From an uncultured Candidatus Saccharibacteria bacterium (GTDB lineage: Bacteria; Patescibacteriota; Andersenbacteria; UBA10190; CAIZMI01), in contig CAYNDL010000005.1 in the NCBI GenBank assembly GCA_964396115.1, positions 142 to 32,141 of the forward strand: a stretch of DNA of 32,000 nt, given 5' to 3'. A program made the translations under genes and the position numbers. Shown piece by piece: positions 8,902-15,029 of this stretch. Position 1 is the first letter of the stretch; each line of letters begins with the position of its first letter. The notes under the pieces were generated by a model. It had not been told where the DNA came from, searched no databases, and was given only the letters and a program-made list of their open reading frames with translations.

Positions 8902-8911
8902 ACTAATGAAA

Positions 8912-8941
8912 ACATCCCGCCTAGGCGGGATGTTTTGTTTT
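8912..8941 (+). terminator. Intrinsic terminator ending the ribosomal protein block
   Basis: Stem acatcccgc/gcgggatgt (8912-8920 / 8925-8933) followed by TTTTGTTTT. Confidence 0.75.
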
Positions 8942-9026
8942 GACTAATTATAATATATGCATTATAGTAATCCGGTTACCCGAACTCGGGTAAGGTAGTT
9001 GTCCCTTTCACCACGGAGGCGTGCCT

Positions 9027-9416
9027 ATGAAGGACAAGCTGATGTTGATGCTGGTCGCAATCATGGCGATCGGCCCGCCGGCGCTCGCGATGGCGATGCA
9101 AGGCGGCCAGGCAGTTCCAGCAGGTGTCCTTGACAGCGGCCTTGCCGGAGAGCCCGGAGGTGCTCTCGTCATCGGCAAGGACAATGGCGTTGTCATGGAC
9201 AGCGACCGGCATGTCGTTGCCTTATACCATTCGTCGCGCAACGACGTTGCCCCGCAGTCCGGCGTGCCTTGGAATACGGTTCTCGAGGCGAAGCCGGCCA
9301 ACGGGCAGTCCGTATCCGAGCCGTACCGCGACATCATCGCCGCCAGGAGGTCGGATGGGACCAACATTCGCTTCCTGCGTCCGCGGTTTGCCGGCTGGCG
9401 CTATCTCAAGATCTGA
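9027..9416 (+). CDS. Small secreted hypothetical protein (129 aa) in a GC-rich mini-island
   Basis: GGAGG (9015-9019) lies 7 nt before the ATG. Signal-peptide-like N-terminus MKDKLMLMLVAIMAIGPPALAMA. By hand count roughly three quarters or more of third codon positions are G/C in this frame. No family recognised. Confidence 0.6.
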   Translation: MKDKLMLMLVAIMAIGPPALAMAMQGGQAVPAGVLDSGLAGEPGGALVIGKDNGVVMDSDRHVVALYHSSRNDVAPQSGVPWNTVLEAKPANGQSVSEPYRDIIAARRSDGTNIRFLRPRFAGWRYLKI

Positions 9417-9496
9417 ACAACGCCGGTAGGTAAACAGGGTCGGAGTGAAACTCCACCTAGTAGAAATCCTGCGTGTACACGCGCCATCTTTGATGG

Positions 9497-9520
9497 AAAA
9501 GCGGTACACGCTTTTTTTAT
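9497..9520 (+). terminator. Weak intrinsic terminator after the small secreted-protein gene
   Basis: Stem aaaagcg/cgctttt with loop gtaca, followed by additional Ts. Confidence 0.35.
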
Positions 9521-9610
9521 TGCCCATCAATTTTGGTTATGCTACCGTGCCTAGTTACCAGAAACACGACCCATTCGGAACCTGATAGTACCTAAGACAA
9601 GGAGAGTGTG

Positions 9611-10888
9611 ATGAAGTTTGATAATCGAGTCCGGACCATTTCTTTGCCCGGGTCTCACGACGTTAATGTGACGCCGATCAAGCCAGTTGTTGACCACCCG
9701 CTTTTTCAAAAGTTGAGAATGCGTAAGCAGATGGGGACGGGTAACTTGATCTTCCCATCAGCAACCCACACACGTTTCGAACATTCTCTTGGGACTTATT
9801 CACTCACTCAGGAGAGAACTAATCGTTGGTTGCGTCATGGGGAGATCACGAAGGAAGAAGCCGACGCGCTTTGCATGTTCGGATTGCTGCACGATCTCGG
9901 CCACGGGCCATATTCCCACGAAGTCGAAAAACTGTGTCGTATTGACCACAACCAAAACGGCATCCGACTTCTTGGTGAACTGCACCCTGCAGTAGACGAG
10001 CTATGCAATGTGGATTTTTTGTGGGAGCTTATGAAACACAATAATCCTCTTTGCGCTGCCGTAAGCCATCACCCGCTGGGGACGGACAAGCTGGACTATT
10101 TGGTGAGAGATGCCCGCCATACGAACGAAGCCATTACGATCGCCATGGGGGCTATCCTCAACTATTCCCATTTCATCGACGGCCAGCTTGTAATCGATGG
10201 TAAGATTGCCGACGAAGTAATGGCGGCGCAACGTGCGTATTTCTACATGTATAAGCGCGTCTACTTCCGCAAGGCGTGCCTTATTGCGAAACGCATGATG
10301 CAAAAGATGGTGCGCGCTATCATGGATGATCAAGTGCATAACCCCGTTCTTACAGAAGGTAGGCTATGGGGTTTGGTTGACTCCGAGCTAGACTCGTTTT
10401 GTATCTCGTCGAAAAACCCACTCGTGCAGGCTTACTTCGATAGGCTACTGCACAGGCAGCTTCCCAAGACAGCGGTGGTTATTCGTCCCGAGGGTTACGC
10501 TTCACACGAAATGACTTGTGGTAAGGAGGTTCGAGTTTTTCCATTGCCATGGGACATGATGGACTGCTTAAACCGCCTCAATGTTCCGGACTTTGCGTCA
10601 GCTTTGGAGACAAAAATCGCCCAAAAGTCGTGTCTTCCGCCAGACTCGGTCTTCATTGTTCCCGTCGTCTCCAAGCGTCGCTTTGTTCCGGTGGATGTTC
10701 CTGTTTACGATCGCGGAAGGAGAGTGAGCACCTTGAGAGACATGTATCCACGCCACTATGACGCGTTGCAGGAACAGGCCGATGATTACGCAGCAATTAG
10801 GGTTTGCGTCTTCAAGGAACATCGGGATGTCCTGTCCAGAGCAGGGGATAACGTGGTGCAGACGCTCCTTGAAAGTGTGGGCATCTGA
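9611..10888 (+). CDS. HD-domain phosphohydrolase, SAMHD1/COG1078-like (candidate dNTP triphosphohydrolase)
   Basis: Motifs RFEHSLGT, GLLHDLGHGPYSH and DKLDYLVRDARHT. AAGGAGAG SD upstream. ATG 9611 is preferred over GTG 9608. Confidence 0.75.
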   Translation: MKFDNRVRTISLPGSHDVNVTPIKPVVDHPLFQKLRMRKQMGTGNLIFPSATHTRFEHSLGTYSLTQERTNRWLRHGEITKEEADALCMFGLLHDLGHGPYSHEVEKLCRIDHNQNGIRLLGELHPAVDELCNVDFLWELMKHNNPLCAAVSHHPLGTDKLDYLVRDARHTNEAITIAMGAILNYSHFIDGQLVIDGKIADEVMAAQRAYFYMYKRVYFRKACLIAKRMMQKMVRAIMDDQVHNPVLTEGRLWGLVDSELDSFCISSKNPLVQAYFDRLLHRQLPKTAVVIRPEGYASHEMTCGKEVRVFPLPWDMMDCLNRLNVPDFASALETKIAQKSCLPPDSVFIVPVVSKRRFVPVDVPVYDRGRRVSTLRDMYPRHYDALQEQADDYAAIRVCVFKEHRDVLSRAGDNVVQTLLESVGI

Positions 10889-10892
10889 ACCA

Positions 10893-10920
10893 AACGCCGA
10901 ATAACCTTCGGCGTTTTTTA
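10893..10920 (+). terminator. Intrinsic terminator of the HD-domain gene
   Basis: Stem aacgccgaa/ttcggcgtt followed by TTTTT. Confidence 0.7.
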
Positions 10921-10926
10921 AAAATT

Positions 10927-10948
10927 AAAACCGCGTTGTCGCGGTTTT
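10927..10948 (-). terminator. Intrinsic terminator of the cupredoxin gene (minus strand)
   Basis: Stem aaaaccgcg/cgcggtttt with loop ttgt. On the minus strand it is followed by a T-rich tract. Confidence 0.6.
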
Positions 10949-10968
10949 ACCTCCAATCGTTGCGTGGA

Positions 10969-11427
10969 TTACTCCACAATAAGTGTGCCCCTCATTCCCA
11001 TCTGACGATGGTTGCCGACAGAACAGTAGTATTCGAATTGTCCTTTTTTATCTGCCACAAAAACAACGGTCTCTTGTTGTCCACTTTGGACAATTTTTGT
11101 TGCTGCTTTAAATTCGTCCAGCCTCCAATCGTGAGTGCCGGTTTGGTTCATGAAAGTCACGCGAACTGTATCACCCTGCTTCACTCGAATCTCGTTGGGG
11201 GCAAAGCTGAAGTTTTTCCCAGTCACCGTTACATCTTTTGTGGTTGCCTCAGTGGTCGGGCTGCCGGTAGCCTCAATTGTCGGGGCTTCAGTTGGTCCCG
11301 AAATATCAATCGGTTCTTCTGAAATCGGCTGTGTTCTTGTTGGTGATGTTTGGCTTCGCGAAAAAACAGCGATAGCGGCAATGATGATCACTACAACCAC
11401 GACTCCTATTACTAAATTTCTATTCAT
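10969..11427 (-). CDS. Membrane-anchored type-1 blue copper protein (cupredoxin/plastocyanin-like)
   Basis: N-terminal TM helix and a Pro/Thr-rich linker. Copper ligand pattern GTHDW ... YYCSVGNHRQMGM (His...Cys-x4-His-x2-Met, with a further Met at x4). Confidence 0.8.
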   Translation of the reverse strand: MNRNLVIGVVVVVIIIAAIAVFSRSQTSPTRTQPISEEPIDISGPTEAPTIEATGSPTTEATTKDVTVTGKNFSFAPNEIRVKQGDTVRVTFMNQTGTHDWRLDEFKAATKIVQSGQQETVVFVADKKGQFEYYCSVGNHRQMGMRGTLIVE

Positions 11428-11586
11428 AAGTTAATTCTAGTTATTTCTTTAGTGTTTCTATTATCTATCCCAAGATCGGGCGATCTTGTGTGGTAGGACA
11501 CCCCGTATGGGGAAAACTGTTAGTTGTTCGTTTGGTTTCCAGTTAGACGTATAATAGTAAGGATAATTTATTCTTATCGGTCAAAT

Positions 11587-11955
11587 ATGAGGCTAATTGT
11601 ATTGGTTTTTGGAGCGGTCGTAATCGCAGTGGCTGCGCTTTTGTTTTATGTAAAACCGGAAAATATCGGTTCGAATGAATCAACGGATAAGCTCGTAAGT
11701 GAGGAAGATGTGCTTAATATAGCTAGGGAATTTGCTGCTAAGTTGGGGTACGATGTCGCTACTAAAAAGTTTAGGCTTATTGAAAGTGTTCAAGATGACA
11801 CATATGTTTGGTACAAAAATGCAAAAGGGGAAGTGGACTTAAATATATATAGGATGGTTTACATGGGAAATATAAAACCGCAACCAGGCGGCGATATGGT
11901 TGTTGTGGTTAATGGGAAATCTAAGAGTATAGAAGGATTTTTGCGCGGCCAATAG
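11587..11955 (+). CDS. Small membrane-anchored hypothetical protein
   Basis: ATG 11587 begins MRLIVLVFGAVVIAVAALLFYV (a TM helix). The upstream TTG 11524 extension is unlikely. The soluble domain is of unknown family. Confidence 0.5.
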   Translation: MRLIVLVFGAVVIAVAALLFYVKPENIGSNESTDKLVSEEDVLNIAREFAAKLGYDVATKKFRLIESVQDDTYVWYKNAKGEVDLNIYRMVYMGNIKPQPGGDMVVVVNGKSKSIEGFLRGQ

Positions 11956-11970
11956 GTCGCGGATTTTCTT
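11944..11970 (+). terminator. Possible terminator overlapping the stop codon, between convergent genes
   Basis: Stem cgcggcc/ggtcgcg (one G-U pair), loop aata, then gATTTTCTT. Confidence 0.3.
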
Positions 11971-11973
11971 AGT

Positions 11974-12585
11974 TCAATATTTTCTCAGTACAGCTCTTAC
12001 GATCCCCTGGATGACCGGATTTTTGACATAGAAAGGCTTCATTGTGCGGTTTGCTGGTTGGAGTCTGATTCTCGTTGCTTCGCGATAATAACGCTTCAAA
12101 GTAGCGTATTCATTCTCCAGTAGTGCCACAACTACATCGCCATTCTTCGGATAAAAGTTCCTCTCCACCACCACGTAATCCCCGTCGTGAATGCCATCTT
12201 CAATCATAGAATCCCCTTTGACCTGCAAGACAAAACAATTCAGGTTGGGAAGTAGCTCCAAGGGGATGGCGATCCTCTCATTCTGTTGGATGGCTTCGAT
12301 GGGCTGGCCGGCAGCGATCAAGCCAACAAGGGGAAGTTCCACCGCTTTGGTGAACCAGCCTACTTTTGGCGTCAGCTCTACGCTGCGGGCCTCGCCTTCA
12401 TCGATGCGCACATAGCCTTTTTCACTCAAGGCCTTAATATGCTCAAAAACTGTAGCTGGGGAAGACAGTCCTAAGCCCTCTGCGATTTCCCGGTAAGAAG
12501 GCGCATAAGAATGGCTAGCCATGAACTCTTTAATAAAGTCCAAAACCTCTGCCTGTTTCTTGGATAACTTTTTATCCACAATCAT
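11974..12585 (-). CDS. lexA: LexA repressor (S24 self-cleaving)
   Basis: 203 aa from ATG 12585. Winged-helix N-terminus (PSYREIAEGLGLSSPATVFEHIKALSEKGY), Ala-Gly cleavage site (LIAAGQP), catalytic Ser (KGDSM) and Lys (TLKR). Confidence 0.9.
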   Translation of the reverse strand: MIVDKKLSKKQAEVLDFIKEFMASHSYAPSYREIAEGLGLSSPATVFEHIKALSEKGYVRIDEGEARSVELTPKVGWFTKAVELPLVGLIAAGQPIEAIQQNERIAIPLELLPNLNCFVLQVKGDSMIEDGIHDGDYVVVERNFYPKNGDVVVALLENEYATLKRYYREATRIRLQPANRTMKPFYVKNPVIQGIVRAVLRKY

Positions 12586-12591
12586 AAAAGT

Positions 12592-12621
12592 ATAATAACC
12601 GAACGAAAAGCGAACAGTCAA
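12592..12621 (-). promoter_or_regulatory. Candidate lexA promoter with an embedded candidate SOS box
   Basis: Minus strand reads TTGACT (12616-12621), 18 nt, TATTAT (12592-12597), 6 nt, ATG. The spacer contains GTTC-N7-GTTC (12601-12615). Confidence 0.45.
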
Positions 12622-12651
12622 TACTTTAAGTACCAAGTTTTATTCTTGCGC

Positions 12652-12657
12652 TACAAT
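12652..12657 (+). promoter_or_regulatory. Candidate -10 element (TACAAT) 6 nt upstream of the GT4 start codon
   Basis: TACAAT, then gatgcc, then ATG 12664. No SD. Confidence 0.25.
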
Positions 12658-12663
12658 GATGCC

Positions 12664-13791
12664 ATGCGAATAGGAATTGACATTCGATGTCTGATGGATG
12701 GCGGAAGGACCGGTGTCGAAGAATATACTCTCGGGGTATTGAGGGCAATGTTTGAACAAGATCACGAAGATACATTTGTCCTTTTTGCAAACTCGCGTAA
12801 GCCAATGAATCTGCCGAGTTTTTCATACCCAAATGTGGAGCTAAGGACTTTCAATTATCCAAACAAATTTTTCAACACTCTCCTTAAGGTAGCAAAACGT
12901 CCCTACATTGATCGGCTTTTAGGCGTTGATGTTTTGTTTGTTCCTAGTGTTCGATTGGCTCCGGTTTCGCGTTTATGTCCTCTCGTTGTCACATTCCATG
13001 ACCTATCTTTTGTGAGGCACCCGCACTATTTTTCTTGGAAAAGAAGAATCTGGCATCTTCTAATGAATCCTAAACAACTTGCCGCGCAAGCAAAAACTGT
13101 TATTGCGGTCTCACAAGCGACTGCTGATGACGTCCAAGAATTGTATGGCACGGCAAAGGAAAAGCTTTATGTAATCCCTTCTGGTATAAGTCCAAACATG
13201 CGCCGTGTCCTGCCGAATAGTGAGGGTGCAAGGCATGTGAAGAAACGATATGGATTGCCTGAAAAGTTCATCTTATTTTTAGGAACCCTTGAACCAAGGA
13301 AGAACTTAAACGGTTTACTGAGTGCCTATAATGGGTTGCGGAACGACGGTTTCCCACACAAGTTAGTGATTGCCGGTGTCCGCGGCTGGATCGGGGATGA
13401 TTTTTTTAACAGGGTAAAAAACAGTGATTATGCAAGGGATATTTTGTTTACCGGTTTCGTTTACGACGAAGACAAGCCCGCACTCTACAGTTTGGCAGAC
13501 CTATTTGTTTACCCTAGTTATTACGAGGGTTTCGGGTTTCCTCCCTTGGAGGCCTTAGGTTGTGGCACGCCAGTGGTTACATCTTTTAACTCAGCAATTC
13601 CGGAAGTGGTTGGTGATTGGGCTTTGCTTGTTAATCCGTATGATCCGAACGAACTGTATCGTGCGATGGCAGAGCGTTTAAAAAATCCCGTTACTATCAT
13701 CTCTGAAACGTCCGAAGAGGTGCGGCAAAAATATTCCTGGCAAAAAGCTGGCAGTGAAACGTTGAAAATACTAAAGCAGGCTCTCCGATAA
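12664..13791 (+). CDS. Glycosyltransferase family 4 (GT-B, RfaG-like)
   Basis: MRIGIDIRCL start. The C-terminal motif FVYPSYYEGFGFPPLEALGCGTPVV is typical of GT4. Confidence 0.85.
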   Translation: MRIGIDIRCLMDGGRTGVEEYTLGVLRAMFEQDHEDTFVLFANSRKPMNLPSFSYPNVELRTFNYPNKFFNTLLKVAKRPYIDRLLGVDVLFVPSVRLAPVSRLCPLVVTFHDLSFVRHPHYFSWKRRIWHLLMNPKQLAAQAKTVIAVSQATADDVQELYGTAKEKLYVIPSGISPNMRRVLPNSEGARHVKKRYGLPEKFILFLGTLEPRKNLNGLLSAYNGLRNDGFPHKLVIAGVRGWIGDDFFNRVKNSDYARDILFTGFVYDEDKPALYSLADLFVYPSYYEGFGFPPLEALGCGTPVVTSFNSAIPEVVGDWALLVNPYDPNELYRAMAERLKNPVTIISETSEEVRQKYSWQKAGSETLKILKQALR

Positions 13792-13820
13792 AACTTTTCA
13801 ACAGGGGCAGTATTGCGCAG

Positions 13821-13829
13821 TGGTATCAT
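13821..13829 (+). promoter_or_regulatory. Candidate extended -10 promoter (TGGTATCAT) 7 nt upstream of the start codon
   Basis: TGn-TATCAT at 13821-13829, then tctaaga, then ATG 13837. No SD. Confidence 0.3.
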
Positions 13830-13836
13830 TCTAAGA

Positions 13837-14946
13837 ATGAGGATAGGAATCGATGCGAGGGCCTTAGGATGGGCAGGATTGGGCAGATACACCAGGAACC
13901 TGTTGAGCTCCCTGCTGGAAGTTTCTTCAGATGAATTCGTAGTTTTTGCTCCCCGTTCATTCGGGAGAGAAATTGCAGAATTCCCTCGGGTTAAATTTGT
14001 CCCAGTTACTTCTTCCTACTACTCGTTCCAAGAACAGACGATCTTCCTGATGTCGCTAATGCAGGAAAATTTGGACCTTATGCATTTCCTGCACTTCAAT
14101 GCTCCAGTGCTGTACCGTCGTCCTTTTGTAGTGACTATTCACGATTTGACGCGGTTCTTTTTTCCCGCCCAAAAAAACAGCGGACAATTCCATCAATGGG
14201 CATATGAGGAAGTATTCCGCTCCGTTGTTCTTCATGCTCAGCGGATAATCACTGTTTCTGAGCACACCCGAAGTGACTTGATTCGATATTTCCCTCAGGT
14301 GGCTAACAAAACGTCAGTCGTCTATGAAGGAGTTGACCATAAAATGCCAAATGGAAGCGGTGATCAAGAACTGCTCCACGCGCTCACTGATTACTTGTTG
14401 TTTGTTGGTGTATGGATGACACATAAAAATATTCCCCGGCTCTTACTGTCTTTTAAAAAAATAGTCGAAAACGGATACTGTGGCTCATTGGTAGTGACTG
14501 GTGAGGGAAAGCCACACCATGTTGATGTCCCGCGTCTAGTTAAAAGCATTGGATTAAAAGACCGGGTGATTCTACCGGGGAAAGTAGATGATGATACGCT
14601 CCGACACCTCTATGCAGGTGCTAAAGCTTTTATTTTTCCCAGTCTCTACGAAGGTTTTGGCTTTCCACCCTTGGAAGCAATGAGTTGCGGTACGCCGGTC
14701 GCGGCTTCACGTGTGTCCAGTATACCTGAAATTCTCGGTGATGCTGCAGCCTATTTTGATCCATACTCGGTTGACGACATGACTAATGCAATAACACATT
14801 TAATAAATGATCAGGGAATGCAGGCAGAGCTGATAGAAAGGGGAAGGAAGCGAGTTTCTGAATATGCGTGGAACACCTGTGCAAGTGAAACTCTGGACGT
14901 ATACACGCGAACTACAGTACCCGCAAGGTCCGGAGTAGTGGTCTAG
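13837..14946 (+). CDS. Glycosyltransferase family 4 (second copy)
   Basis: MRIGIDARAL start. FIFPSLYEGFGFPPLEAMSCGTPV motif. Confidence 0.85.
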   Translation: MRIGIDARALGWAGLGRYTRNLLSSLLEVSSDEFVVFAPRSFGREIAEFPRVKFVPVTSSYYSFQEQTIFLMSLMQENLDLMHFLHFNAPVLYRRPFVVTIHDLTRFFFPAQKNSGQFHQWAYEEVFRSVVLHAQRIITVSEHTRSDLIRYFPQVANKTSVVYEGVDHKMPNGSGDQELLHALTDYLLFVGVWMTHKNIPRLLLSFKKIVENGYCGSLVVTGEGKPHHVDVPRLVKSIGLKDRVILPGKVDDDTLRHLYAGAKAFIFPSLYEGFGFPPLEAMSCGTPVAASRVSSIPEILGDAAAYFDPYSVDDMTNAITHLINDQGMQAELIERGRKRVSEYAWNTCASETLDVYTRTTVPARSGVVV

Positions 14947-15029
14947 TTCCAGTACGGAAGTGGGCACATGTTTTGTAGGCCAAAAATTGTTTGGTCAGCG
15001 CCTTTAACTTTGATACACTTATAAGTTGA

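Noticed and set aside
8976-9530. Alternative ORFs in the GC-rich mini-island (8976..9212 -, 9008..9367 -, 9124..9429 +, 9222..9530 -)
   Set aside because: Only the 9027..9416 frame combines an SD at correct spacing, a signal peptide and strong G/C bias at third positions. The others are Arg/Pro/Ala-rich products expected from out-of-frame high-GC sequence.
11668-11676. GGTTCGAAT, a tRNA T-loop-like string
   Set aside because: It lies inside a coding ORF (11587..11955), and I could not fold a flanking acceptor or anticodon stem. Not a tRNA.
12622-12632. TACTT-T-AAGTA palindrome upstream of the lexA -35 as the LexA operator
   Set aside because: The arms are short (5 bp), AT-rich and outside the core promoter. 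The GTTC-N7-GTTC repeat in the spacer is the better candidate. It is kept as an alternative only.
12586-12636. TTG-initiated 17-codon extension of lexA; likewise TTG/GTG extensions at 11524, 12646, 13813, 17813, 8041, 25458 and 9608
   Set aside because: The extensions run through promoter-like or upstream-gene sequence. Internal ATGs give N-termini that match the family (MIVDKKLSKKQ, MRIGID..., MSKIFSEK...).
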